Of a stretch of 19,387 bases of DNA, positions 7,229 through 17,240 are shown piece by piece. Source of the DNA: Candidatus Thorarchaeota archaeon (GTDB lineage Archaea; Asgardarchaeota; Thorarchaeia; Thorarchaeales; Thorarchaeaceae); contig JBHLQM010000061.1 in assembly GCA_048884785.1 (NCBI GenBank), positions 2,313 through 21,699 on the forward strand, given 5' to 3'. Every line of letters begins with the position of its first letter. Position 1 is the first letter of the stretch. A model generated the notes under the pieces. That model did no database searches, was not told where the DNA came from, and saw only the letters and a list, made by a program, of their open reading frames with translations. The translations under genes and the position numbers were made by a program.

Positions 7229-8296
7229 ATGGACACTGAACGAAGATTGGAACTCATTGCCGCACCTCCAACAGAAGAAATAGTCACTCCAGAAGAACTT
7301 AGGAATCTCATTGAAACAGGTGTACCATTGATAGCTTATGATGGCTTTGAACCGTCTGGGATGGCACATATCGCAACTGGGCTCATGCGGGCCATTAAAC
7401 TCAAAGATATGATTGATGCAGGTGTTCATTTCAAGATTCTCATAGCAGATTGGCATGCTTGGATTAATGACAAGATGGGTGGTGATCTTGAAAAGATCCA
7501 AGCTGTGGGGAGATACTTACCAAAGGCATGGGAAGCGTGCGGAGTGCCCAAGGATAAGATAGAATATGTATGGGCAAGTGATATGGTCAAAGACGCTGAA
7601 TACTGGGAAAAGGTCATCCGGATCGCAAAGAATACTACTGTGGCACGAACAAACCGTTGCTTGCAGATTATGGGACGCAAAGAAACCCAATCTATGGAAA
7701 CGGCCAAGTTGTTCTACCCTATGATGCAGGTCGCCGACATATTCCATCTTGAGGTCAATATCACCCAGTTGGGTATGGATCAACGAAAGGCAAACATGCT
7801 TGCAAGAGAGGTGGGAGAGAAGCTTGGCTATTGGAAACCAACTGCAGTTCATCATCATATCATGCCTGGTCTTACAGGTCCATCGAGAATGGATGTTGCC
7901 GATGCTGACGATGAATTTGCAGGAAAGATGTCAAAGAGCAAAGCGGATACAGCTATCTTCATTCACGATAGCCCTGAAGATGTCATTCGGAAGATGAAGA
8001 AAGCGTACTGTCCCCCTGGAGAAGTAAAGGATAATCCTGTGCTAGAGATTGCCAAGTATATCATCTTTCGGAAGATGGATGTACTTGAGGTGGAACGGAA
8101 GCCAAAGTTTGGCGGGGATGTCCAGTACGTCAGTTATGAAGAACTTGAATCCGCCTATAGGAATCCCGAAGGACCAAAGGGGATACATCCGTTCGATTTG
8201 AAAATGGGAGTGGCGAATGCACTTAATCATATACTTGAACCTGTGCGCCGCTATTTCGAGAAACACAAGGAATTGCTTGCTGTCTTCACAACATAG
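7229..8296 (+). CDS. tyrS: Tyrosine--tRNA ligase, archaeal/eukaryotic type
   Basis: AYDGFEPSG..HIA (HIGH-like), IADWHAWINDKMGGD, YPMMQVADIF, LGMDQRK, KMSKS and IHPFDLK. ATG 7229 with a GTGAT RBS is preferred over 7187. Confidence 0.96.
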   Translation: MDTERRLELIAAPPTEEIVTPEELRNLIETGVPLIAYDGFEPSGMAHIATGLMRAIKLKDMIDAGVHFKILIADWHAWINDKMGGDLEKIQAVGRYLPKAWEACGVPKDKIEYVWASDMVKDAEYWEKVIRIAKNTTVARTNRCLQIMGRKETQSMETAKLFYPMMQVADIFHLEVNITQLGMDQRKANMLAREVGEKLGYWKPTAVHHHIMPGLTGPSRMDVADADDEFAGKMSKSKADTAIFIHDSPEDVIRKMKKAYCPPGEVKDNPVLEIAKYIIFRKMDVLEVERKPKFGGDVQYVSYEELESAYRNPEGPKGIHPFDLKMGVANALNHILEPVRRYFEKHKELLAVFTT

Positions 8297-8311
8297 GCAT
8301 ACTTCACAGCT

Positions 8312-9415
8312 TTAGATGTTCAATTTGTCATGAACTAGTGTAGCACCGCGACCAAGTGCCTCCAAATACTGCTGGAGACCTACAGACAGGTTTTCCCAGC
8401 TCCGGGTAGCCGATGGTTTCTTCCTCTTAATTGTCTGAGCCACTAATCCTACTTCCTCAAAAGCACTGAGAACCTGGGAGAGAGTGATGTTTTGAGGCGG
8501 ATATGGTTTGAATCCCATTTGTTGAAGCACACGCTGTCCGTAATACGTAAACCAAATGCTCTTTGCATCAGCCTTGCCATCGATTATTTCGATTTTCAAT
8601 TCTTCAATTTCCTTCTTTCTCATCTCTATTATGCTAGGAATCAGTTTAGCTGCAAAAGTAGTTGAAACTTCGTCGATATCTAGGCAGTGTGTCGAGCCTC
8701 CTTTGGATATCTGTTTATCCAATAAAACAACAACACGATCCTCTATTTCGTTGACAGCAGATGAATAATCAAGGTCCTCAGGAATCCCATTCAAGATCTT
8801 TTTCGGATCACCATCAAAGGCGGCAATCTCTCGAATTCCAAATCCTGAGAGAAGTCCTTTCTGAGCCGCATACCAATGGTGGTATGGTAGAACTCTGAGG
8901 AACTCCAAGGTATTGAGTAATAGAGTTCTCCAGCCTACTCTTTTGAAAATTGGCTCATAGCTAGTTTCAATGGTGAGATTGGCTTGTGACATCAAAGCCG
9001 AATTTGCATATGCATAAAGCGCAGTTGGGTCGGCTGAAATGGGGATGTTATCAATGCTCAGTTCATTTAGCGAATCACAATAGAATAGCGGTGTTATGTT
9101 CAGATTATCAAGCTTGTTTTTATGAAGGCGAAGCGCTGACAGGTTTGCCAGAGAACAGAGCGGATTGAGGTCAATCATTTGTAGGAAATTCGAACTTAGG
9201 TTCAATGAACGAAGCTTTGCGCAATATTCCAGTGGATTGAGATCAATTGAGACTATATCCCGTTCTGCCAGATTCAGTTGTCGTATTTGAGTATCTACTC
9301 TTATTGTTTCTTGACGTCCGGAAGTAGTATAGTATCGTAGATTTACACGTCCCACAACCAACCTGCAGTGCCCCCTCATCAAAGAGTTGCTATTTACAGT
9401 ATATGAACTACACAT
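8312..9415 (-). CDS. Leucine-rich repeat protein with an uncharacterised C-terminal domain (true start probably downstream, ~9354-9379)
   Basis: About 3.5 23-aa repeats LxxLxLxxNxLxxIDLxPLxxC, e.g. LRSLNLSSNFLQMIDLNPLCSL. Confidence 0.85.
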   Translation of the reverse strand: MCSSYTVNSNSLMRGHCRLVVGRVNLRYYTTSGRQETIRVDTQIRQLNLAERDIVSIDLNPLEYCAKLRSLNLSSNFLQMIDLNPLCSLANLSALRLHKNKLDNLNITPLFYCDSLNELSIDNIPISADPTALYAYANSALMSQANLTIETSYEPIFKRVGWRTLLLNTLEFLRVLPYHHWYAAQKGLLSGFGIREIAAFDGDPKKILNGIPEDLDYSSAVNEIEDRVVVLLDKQISKGGSTHCLDIDEVSTTFAAKLIPSIIEMRKKEIEELKIEIIDGKADAKSIWFTYYGQRVLQQMGFKPYPPQNITLSQVLSAFEEVGLVAQTIKRKKPSATRSWENLSVGLQQYLEALGRGATLVHDKLNI

Positions 9416-9480
9416 TTTCAGATGAAGTGCGCGTACAGAGCACCTAATATGCGAAATAATATTCTCTCAGCAGGATTACA

Positions 9481-10080
9481 ATGAACCTCAGAACACAAAG
9501 ATCGGCAACAATCTTCATTTCATTCGTGATTGTTGCTCTCATCGTTCTGCATTCAATGCCAACAACTCACCCAGGTGACCAATTTTCGGTTTCTGGCACC
9601 CCCATACTCTCTCAAGACGACACTATTCGTCCGGAAATCTATGAATGGGGTCTTGATGGAACTGTGAACAATGAGACATCCTTTGTAGTCTGGGCAAATG
9701 TATCAGATGTGGGTTCTGGAATAAAGAATGTCACAGCAAATCTTAGACAGGATACCCTGGATGTTTCTGAATACATCATGTCCTTCAATTCGACTTTCTA
9801 CAGGGTTGTTTTTCCTCCTGTAGAATCAAACCATACCTACACAATTAGAGTGAGAGCCTTCGATAATGCAAACAACTCTGCACTGAGTTTTCCGCGAAGT
9901 TTTGACCTTCGGATTATACCAGGTACAATAACCGACCCCTATGTGACATTGCCAATCGTTGTATCATCAAGTCTCGTGCTGCTTGTGCTGGTTGCTGTGG
10001 TTGCTAGGGAATATGACAAGCGTCATCCTAGAGAAGTTGCAGGGAATGAGAACCAAGCCGCCGAAGAAATCGGAAACTAG
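9481..10080 (+). CDS. Cell-surface protein: N-terminal signal/TM helix, Ig/FN3-like beta-sandwich, C-terminal TM anchor
   Basis: V.ANVSD..SGI.NVT ... YTIRVRAFDNANNSA pattern, many N-x-S/T sequons, and hydrophobic segments at both ends. Confidence 0.8.
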   Translation: MNLRTQRSATIFISFVIVALIVLHSMPTTHPGDQFSVSGTPILSQDDTIRPEIYEWGLDGTVNNETSFVVWANVSDVGSGIKNVTANLRQDTLDVSEYIMSFNSTFYRVVFPPVESNHTYTIRVRAFDNANNSALSFPRSFDLRIIPGTITDPYVTLPIVVSSSLVLLVLVAVVAREYDKRHPREVAGNENQAAEEIGN

Positions 10081-10242
10081 TTCACTGACATCTCAGACAA
10101 TCATGCAAAGGCCTTATAATGGGAAAATCCTACATGATGTGAACCGAGGTACAGAAGAGTGGTTGGCAGAAATCAAAGGTTCAAACAATGCCAAACACTT
10201 ATAACATCGAAATCATCCTGAAAAATGCGGATGTGAGTCATC

Positions 10243-13035
10243 ATGTTCAAGTATGCTCTCAAACGGGTTGTTAGAAGCTACCGGCTTTTTGTCGCGCTCA
10301 CTCTGGGGGTACTGGTTGCAACGACTTTCTTTGCCAGTACAAATGTTGCAGCTGATATTCTTGCACGTGATGCACTTGATAGTAGTCTTGAGGGTGTCCT
10401 CTATGATTATGTGGCAAATTCAAGAATCTCTGGCTGGACTCCAGCGATGTTGGCTGAGATTGAGAGCGAACTTTCACAAATTACTGAGGTCAACAACTAC
10501 ACTAAAATGACTGCACTCACATACGATGCCAATGAAACTTTGGAGAATGAGTTTCAGATATTTGCCATAGAATGGGAATCATTCTATGCAGGCGGCGTCA
10601 GTCTCGTAGCGGGCTACCCAACTCTGGGTCCAAATGAAACCTACATTGTGACTGGTTCCGATAACGAATCGCTCTATACTGTTGGCGAAACAATCACGGT
10701 TCCTATAACTGTCAATCTTGACTCAGCACCTTTCTCGGCCGTGATGGACTGGAATCTAACAATTGCAGGAGTCGTGTCTCTTCCAATTGACAGTAGAGAG
10801 GGACTTCAGCAGAACCAATTTGCCGGTATTCTCCGAGGTGCTTTTGGTTTCACTTTTGAGCAACCCTACAATGTCATGCTGGCAGACTGGGATTTGACCG
10901 GATTGCCTATATTGGAAGCAGTAACTTCCTACGAGAACTTCCAATCGGCCCGTATTTTGAACAGCTATCATATCAAGGTAGATAGATACGCTCTGATAGA
11001 TCCGTATGACATCCAAGCATCGCAGCAAAGGATTCAGAGCATCCAGGCTAAAATAGAGGCAAGACTTGAGAGATTTGATGCCTTAGTATCATCGAATCTT
11101 CTCTTCCCACTAATCTCCTTCATGATCGTTTCACTGATGATGAATTTCACATTCATCTCATTGTCTCTGCCAATATTCTTCATGGCTTATTTCACCGGAA
11201 CGATGGTGAGTGATGTAAGCTATAATCTCAGACGAAGAGAGATAGGCTTGCTTCTTACCAAAGGCTACAAGCGCGGTGAAATCAGAAATATGCTTCTTGT
11301 TGAGGGAGCATTGGTAGGGGCGATTGCTGGTGGAGCTAGTGTCTTTTTGGGATCCTTCATCTCATGGATAGTTCTTCAAATACAGGGTCTAGATTTCTTA
11401 ACTGTAATCAATAACAACATGAGTGCCATTACAATTTCTATTATTCTTGGGCTGTTCCTAGCTCTCATATCGGTTTGGCGACCAGCAAACAGAGCATCTA
11501 AACTGGAGATTCTAGATGCGCTTAAACAGTACGTCTTTGTTGAGGAAACCTCTGAGTATAAGCGTCTCTTGCCAACCCTTTCGTTCATACTCGGAAGCTA
11601 CAAACTTATCCTTTGGATTCTTGGAATCAATGCAACTACTCTGCTCAATATTCTGAATATAGGCGGAAATATTACCTTGGCAATAATAGCTATCGCTCTT
11701 GTTGGACTGGATGTGATTCTGAACTATATTGGTCCCCTGTTATTCCTCTATGGTACAACCAAACTCTTCATGAGGGGGTCCCAAAAATTCCAGGAGGTAA
11801 TTGTAAACGCAGGACAAAGATTCTTTGGAGCTTTTGGAAAGCTAGCAACTCGTAATGTAAAGCGAAATCCTGCGAGAAATGCCGCAATGGTCTTTCTCAT
11901 CTCACTCATCGTATCCTATGGTGTCTTTGCCGTAGGAAGCCTCTACTCAGAGAATGATGTTGTTGAAAGAAATGCCCTCTATGATGTCGGCGCAGATGTC
12001 AGACTAGAGCTTTCACAAGGAGCAAACATCTCAGAGGTGCTTGGCATAGTGGAAGGCTTCTCTTCGGTTGATTCGGCAACAGTAGAATATCGTTTGAATC
12101 TTCAAACAGGTTCAACAAGTATCGCCGCACGCGGAATCAACCCTGAAGAGTGGATGCTGACAGCATTCTGGGAGCCTAATTGGTTCATTGGAAATGTAGA
12201 AACAATGATGGACGAGCTAGATTCAGGAGGGATAATACTCTCATTAACTACAGCGAATGACCTTGGACTTGCTGTTGGCGACACTCTATTTGTGCGAAGC
12301 TCACTATTGAGCGAGCCACAGCAGGTTGAGATTGTCGGCCTCATTGGATATCAGTCTGTTCTGGAGGGTATAATTGTTGGCATGGGAGGTCAATCTGACA
12401 TGCAGATATCTGCAGCTGGGGATTATCCTTCTTTTGTATCAATAGCATTCCTGAATGAGTCAGGCTTCTTGAACAGTGCAACGCCTAACGTCTTGATCAG
12501 CACAACTTCAGGTACAAACGGAACGGCAATGCAGGAAGAAGCACACAATGAGATCTCTTCACTCAAGAGGAGTTATTCCTTTACATCTGAAATAGCAGAC
12601 TATTGGGCCAGACCCATCCAGAGTGGAATCACAAAGATTCGCTGGGTGGCGATTGCATTTTCTCTGATTCTTGCCCTCGTTGGTACATCATTAGTAATCA
12701 TTCTCTCCCTTAGAGAGAAGGAAAGCGAGATAGCACTGATAACTGTAAGAGGTTTCACCAAATGGCAATTGTTTAAGACGCTAATGGCTGAGATGCTCGT
12801 TCTTGTAGCATTCTCTCTCATTCTAGGAACATTTGTTGGACTTGTGCAAAATTTTGGAAATGTCAGTCAGCTCAACGATAGTCTTACGGGGCTAATAAGA
12901 TATAACATAGTTCTTGGTGGGATGTCTGGTTTTACAATGCTGGGAATTGTAGGTGTCGTGCTATTAGCGGCAGCCCTCCCCGTCTGGTGGGCATCGAGGC
13001 GACCTGAATCAAAGGTCGATGTCTTGCGTGCATAG
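10243..13035 (+). CDS. ABC transporter permease, FtsX/MacB family (duplicated, two extracellular domains)
   Basis: Two FtsX signatures, RRREIGLLLTKGYKRGEI and KESEIALITVRGFTKWQL, plus LATRNVKRNPAR and VGADVR. Adjacent to an ABC ATPase. Confidence 0.93.
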   Translation: MFKYALKRVVRSYRLFVALTLGVLVATTFFASTNVAADILARDALDSSLEGVLYDYVANSRISGWTPAMLAEIESELSQITEVNNYTKMTALTYDANETLENEFQIFAIEWESFYAGGVSLVAGYPTLGPNETYIVTGSDNESLYTVGETITVPITVNLDSAPFSAVMDWNLTIAGVVSLPIDSREGLQQNQFAGILRGAFGFTFEQPYNVMLADWDLTGLPILEAVTSYENFQSARILNSYHIKVDRYALIDPYDIQASQQRIQSIQAKIEARLERFDALVSSNLLFPLISFMIVSLMMNFTFISLSLPIFFMAYFTGTMVSDVSYNLRRREIGLLLTKGYKRGEIRNMLLVEGALVGAIAGGASVFLGSFISWIVLQIQGLDFLTVINNNMSAITISIILGLFLALISVWRPANRASKLEILDALKQYVFVEETSEYKRLLPTLSFILGSYKLILWILGINATTLLNILNIGGNITLAIIAIALVGLDVILNYIGPLLFLYGTTKLFMRGSQKFQEVIVNAGQRFFGAFGKLATRNVKRNPARNAAMVFLISLIVSYGVFAVGSLYSENDVVERNALYDVGADVRLELSQGANISEVLGIVEGFSSVDSATVEYRLNLQTGSTSIAARGINPEEWMLTAFWEPNWFIGNVETMMDELDSGGIILSLTTANDLGLAVGDTLFVRSSLLSEPQQVEIVGLIGYQSVLEGIIVGMGGQSDMQISAAGDYPSFVSIAFLNESGFLNSATPNVLISTTSGTNGTAMQEEAHNEISSLKRSYSFTSEIADYWARPIQSGITKIRWVAIAFSLILALVGTSLVIILSLREKESEIALITVRGFTKWQLFKTLMAEMLVLVAFSLILGTFVGLVQNFGNVSQLNDSLTGLIRYNIVLGGMSGFTMLGIVGVVLLAAALPVWWASRRPESKVDVLRA

Positions 13036-13044
13036 GTGATAAAG

Positions 13045-13926
13045 ATGGCGTACATTGAAACTACTGATTTGGTTAAAGTGTTTAGACTTGGAAATGTAGA
13101 AGTTCAAGCACTGAGAGGTCTCTCTATGAGTGTTGAAAAAGGTGAGATGGTTGCGATTGTTGGTCCATCCGGCAGTGGGAAGACCACTCTTCTCAATATT
13201 CTTGGAGGTATTACAAAAGCTACTGCCGGAAAAACAATTGTTGCTGGTAGAGATGTTACAAACGCGACTCCCGGAGAGCTTGGATTTCTCCGACGTGATG
13301 TTGTTGGTCATATCTTTCAAGAGCTGAATCTCATTCCAACATTGACTGCCTACGAGAATGTTGAGTTGCCTATGCTTGCCGCTAATGTCAAAGGTACTGA
13401 GAGAAAGAAGCGCGCTGAGGGTCTCCTAGAAACTGTTGGTCTTTCTGATAGAATGAAACACAAGCCTGATGAGCTAAGTGGCGGTGAGCGACAAAGAGTT
13501 GCAATTGCATCTGCCATAGCAAACAATCCAGAGATTCTTCTCTGCGATGAACCAACGGGAGATCTCGATACTGCAACAGGTGCTATCATCGTGGACTATC
13601 TACACAAAGTGAACAAGGAGTTCGGAAAAACTGTCTTGATGGTGACCCACGATCCATCAATTGCAAGGCAAAGCGATCGAATATACAGGATTCAAGATGG
13701 TCGAATCAGATCAGTGCAATCACCAACAGCTGATGATCAGACATCAGCCGTGAGCCGAGTTGATATTATTAGAGAACGACTCGCCGAGATTGATGCAGAG
13801 ATTGCTAGACTTGATGAACGCGCAAAGTCAGGCCAAATTGAGATGGGCGTATTCGCGGGACGAAGAACTGATTTGAGTGACAGAAAGAAGATATTCGAAG
13901 AAGAGCTACATAGATTAGGTATGTGA
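13045..13926 (+). CDS. ABC transporter ATP-binding protein, LolD/MacB type, with a C-terminal helical extension
   Basis: Walker A GPSGSGKTT, Q-loop IFQ, signature LSGGERQR, Walker B LLCDEPTG and H-loop VTHD. AGGTGAT RBS before ATG 13045. Confidence 0.95.
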   Translation: MAYIETTDLVKVFRLGNVEVQALRGLSMSVEKGEMVAIVGPSGSGKTTLLNILGGITKATAGKTIVAGRDVTNATPGELGFLRRDVVGHIFQELNLIPTLTAYENVELPMLAANVKGTERKKRAEGLLETVGLSDRMKHKPDELSGGERQRVAIASAIANNPEILLCDEPTGDLDTATGAIIVDYLHKVNKEFGKTVLMVTHDPSIARQSDRIYRIQDGRIRSVQSPTADDQTSAVSRVDIIRERLAEIDAEIARLDERAKSGQIEMGVFAGRRTDLSDRKKIFEEELHRLGM

Positions 13927-13936
13927 CAGCAGCCAG

Positions 13937-16189
13937 CTAAAACTCTGGAGATTCTGGCAGGTTGACAATAAACACTGTTCCCTGAGTGTAATCTCCATTG
14001 ACCCTATCTTCAACTTCAATTTGTCCTTTGAATAGCTTCACCAACGCGAGAACAACGGAAAGGCCCAACCCAATTCCCTCTGCACCCTTCATGAATCTCT
14101 TGAACAAATGCAACTTCTTTTCAGGGGGTATTCCTTTTCCATGGTCTTCTACTCTCACTATCCAACCATCTTCACCATTGATTTTTGAATGATGTATTCT
14201 TATGTTTACGATCTTTTCGTTGTTGGAGTAGGAAATTGCATTTTTGAAAAGGTTGTAAAATAGATCCATGAGCAGCCTGTTAGCTAGAACATAATAGTGC
14301 TCCTCTTGGCCATTGATGTTGAATTTGATATCTTCCCCTGGATACTCCATCCTAATTTGCTTGATTGCATCCATTATTGACCCAACAAGGTCTGTACTCA
14401 CCAAATCCTCTCTTGGAATCTGTTCTGCAAATCCGATTTGCCGAACATTTTCAACGATTGCAGCCGCTCTATCGAGACTCGCTTTGGCATCATCTATTGC
14501 CATGAATCTTGTTTGTTCATCAATATCAGGCATTTCTATCATTGAAAGGGCAACTAGAATCGCCTGATGCATGTTGGTTATGTCATGTGCCAATAGGTCT
14601 GAATAGAGTGTTGCTCGTCTCTGTGAATCTTGAGCTCTTGACATTGAATCCACATAAAGTGCTCCCAGGAGCGGAGGTCCTACACCCAAGCCTAAAAGAA
14701 GCAGTAGTTCACTAAACCACCATCCGATGCTCCAATCAAAGAAGACTCCCTTCAGCGTTCCAGGCACAATCCAGAACACCAGAAACACTAGAGAGAGTCC
14801 TTCAATAGACCTCCAATCATGATGCTTACTTGCAGTCATGTAGAGATAGATAGAGAACCCAAATAGAGCCAGTAAATTGAACACTAAAAGGAGGATTCTT
14901 CCAACAGGATGCCCCGCTAGGTCTGGAGCTGAACTCAAGACTGAAAGTTCCGAAAAGACAGCTATGAACAGGGCAACTATAACAAGACTAAACCGGAAGG
15001 AAAGCCACTTTGCTCGAAACTGAAGTGGATCTCCGTCAGGCGCCTTTGCTACGTATCTGATTCCACTATATATAACAAGCAATGAAACAATGCTTCCAAT
15101 GATATATGGAACTACCGATTCTCCATCAATAAATGGCAGATAGACGTTATACGCGATGATAACGAAAATCTCGATGAATGACCATGAGAGATAGAATACA
15201 ATTAGAGGTAGAAGATCCCACGATGGCTTGGCATTGAAATAAACAATAAGAAGTACTACCATCATGGCAGACAGAATGGCTGCCGCTCCATGTGAGAGGA
15301 TATATGCTCCAATCTCCTGAAATTTTATGCCAGGAGAGTATGCTTCAGAGAGAATACTCAGGATAAATGGGATTGCCGAGAGGGCTAGTATTGATGAAAT
15401 GACTCCGTCAGTTGCCCTCTTGCTCACACCTGATTCGACATACAATGGTTCCCCTACACCAAAGCATAGAATTGCAAAGGCCAGAGCTTGAAGTATGACG
15501 GATATATTCCACATTGTGGCAAAGCCAAGATAATAACCGTAAACGGCGATTGGGGGAAATAGAAGTATTAGAAAACCTGCAACTAGATGGTCAAGTGCAT
15601 AAACCGGATTTTCTGAGTCAATTCTCAATATTATATAGGCACCAAGGAGGAACGGTATTGTTGAGCTTGTAAGAAGAATTGCAATGAGGATAGATGGAAT
15701 CACGGAAAGGGGGAAGATTAGGAGAAATGAAACACAATAGATTCCTACCGAGGCTATTATCACAACCCCTCCCACTCTATGCTTTAGATATCCTGCATAG
15801 CCCCAATACTCAAGCAACATCGAGGCAAGAAGAAGCGTACCAAAAATGGTGTTACATATCAAATCCATTGTTGACCTAATTGCGGAAAAGCTCTGAGTAA
15901 GGTCAGGGGAAATGAGAGAGTAGGCAATACCTATTGAAATATGAATTATTGCACGAAATAGAAATGCAATAAAGAATACGTAGCGCCCTGGAGATGGATT
16001 CCGGTTGTTCACCAAATATGCCATTGCTGCCAATATAACTGCAAGGAAGGCAAGTAGCGACTGAAAACTCACAAACGCAGTTTTTGAATACATTGATCCA
16101 ACAGTTGACCAATAGAGAACCAGGGAAAAAGCAAAACCCAACGAAAAACGGAGGACTATCTTCCCAAAGGTTTTCTTCTTGATTGACAT
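13937..16189 (-). CDS. Integral-membrane sensor histidine kinase
   Basis: H box LLAHDITN, N box LFYNLFKNA, G1 VEDHGKGI, F box LFKRF and G2 GIGLGLSVV. The ~510-aa N-terminal region has roughly 15-16 hydrophobic helices. Confidence 0.93.
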   Translation of the reverse strand: MSIKKKTFGKIVLRFSLGFAFSLVLYWSTVGSMYSKTAFVSFQSLLAFLAVILAAMAYLVNNRNPSPGRYVFFIAFLFRAIIHISIGIAYSLISPDLTQSFSAIRSTMDLICNTIFGTLLLASMLLEYWGYAGYLKHRVGGVVIIASVGIYCVSFLLIFPLSVIPSILIAILLTSSTIPFLLGAYIILRIDSENPVYALDHLVAGFLILLFPPIAVYGYYLGFATMWNISVILQALAFAILCFGVGEPLYVESGVSKRATDGVISSILALSAIPFILSILSEAYSPGIKFQEIGAYILSHGAAAILSAMMVVLLIVYFNAKPSWDLLPLIVFYLSWSFIEIFVIIAYNVYLPFIDGESVVPYIIGSIVSLLVIYSGIRYVAKAPDGDPLQFRAKWLSFRFSLVIVALFIAVFSELSVLSSAPDLAGHPVGRILLLVFNLLALFGFSIYLYMTASKHHDWRSIEGLSLVFLVFWIVPGTLKGVFFDWSIGWWFSELLLLLGLGVGPPLLGALYVDSMSRAQDSQRRATLYSDLLAHDITNMHQAILVALSMIEMPDIDEQTRFMAIDDAKASLDRAAAIVENVRQIGFAEQIPREDLVSTDLVGSIMDAIKQIRMEYPGEDIKFNINGQEEHYYVLANRLLMDLFYNLFKNAISYSNNEKIVNIRIHHSKINGEDGWIVRVEDHGKGIPPEKKLHLFKRFMKGAEGIGLGLSVVLALVKLFKGQIEVEDRVNGDYTQGTVFIVNLPESPEF

Positions 16190-16322
16190 TTTTGGTCCCT
16201 TGCCTTGCTAGCTCCAATTCCTCTTCAAAACCACTTTTTAACTATTCATGGGATGAAGCACTTTCAGTGATTTGCTACAATATGTTTTTCTTATCGTTGC
16301 CGTACTTATGATGTGATTTGAA

Positions 16323-17204
16323 ATGGTTCTCCCTATTGTTGTGGTCCATGCAGGAGCTACTAGCTTCAGAGAGATTAATTTTGATGACATTTTAACTGCG
16401 GTTGGAAATGCCGCGCAAACGGGACTTGACGCCCTCGACAGAGGCGGCAGCACTCTTGACGCGGTGGAAAGCGCAATTTGGACGCTTGAGGAAACAACAC
16501 TATTTACTGCTGGTAGAGGTGCCTGTGAGAATTCCGATGGGGAGATAGAAGTTGATGCAATGATCATGGATGGATCCAGACTTCAATCTGGGGCCGTGAT
16601 GTGTGTGCATGACATTATCCACCCTATTTCACTTGCAAGGTATGTCCTAGATAGAACACCGGTGATGCAAGTTGCAGCCAATGGTGCATCAAAGCTCTAC
16701 AAGCAAATGATATCTGAAGGATATAGACATGAGTCGGAGCCTCGCAGCACAAAGAGGTTGGCTATTGCTGAAGGATATGATACTGTTGGTTGTATCGCTG
16801 TTGATTCAAAGGGGCGGATTTCTTCAGGTGCATCCACAAGCGGCTGGCCCGGGAAATTGCCAGGACGTGTCGGAGATTCGCCAATCATTGGATCTGGTGT
16901 TTATGCATCGGATTTGGCTGCTGCAAGTTGCACTGGAAAAGGGGAGCAGATTCTCCGAATAGTAATGGCACGAATGGCTGTAGCATATGTTGAAAATGGA
17001 CTATCGATACAAGAGGCATGCAACAAGTCAATCAGAGTCCTCCGGGATAAGACGACCGGTGAAGGTGGTCTTATAATGGCCGGCAAGGATGGCAACATTG
17101 GTTTTGCCTTTGATACACCACACATGCCCATAGCTATAGCTGCAAATGGAGCGGTAAAGTACATGTCTCTAAAACCCTCGTATAAAGAGGTTGGAGACCT
17201 CTAA
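16323..17204 (+). CDS. iaaA: Isoaspartyl peptidase / L-asparaginase (plant-type, Ntn hydrolase)
   Basis: IVVVHAGA, E.DAMIMDG, autocleavage site GYD/TVGCIAVD with nucleophilic Thr, STSG, GRVGDSPIIGSG and TGKGE. Confidence 0.9.
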   Translation: MVLPIVVVHAGATSFREINFDDILTAVGNAAQTGLDALDRGGSTLDAVESAIWTLEETTLFTAGRGACENSDGEIEVDAMIMDGSRLQSGAVMCVHDIIHPISLARYVLDRTPVMQVAANGASKLYKQMISEGYRHESEPRSTKRLAIAEGYDTVGCIAVDSKGRISSGASTSGWPGKLPGRVGDSPIIGSGVYASDLAAASCTGKGEQILRIVMARMAVAYVENGLSIQEACNKSIRVLRDKTTGEGGLIMAGKDGNIGFAFDTPHMPIAIAANGAVKYMSLKPSYKEVGDL

Positions 17205-17240
17205 TCTCAATGTCCCCCAGACCTGAGGTCTCTTCGGTGT

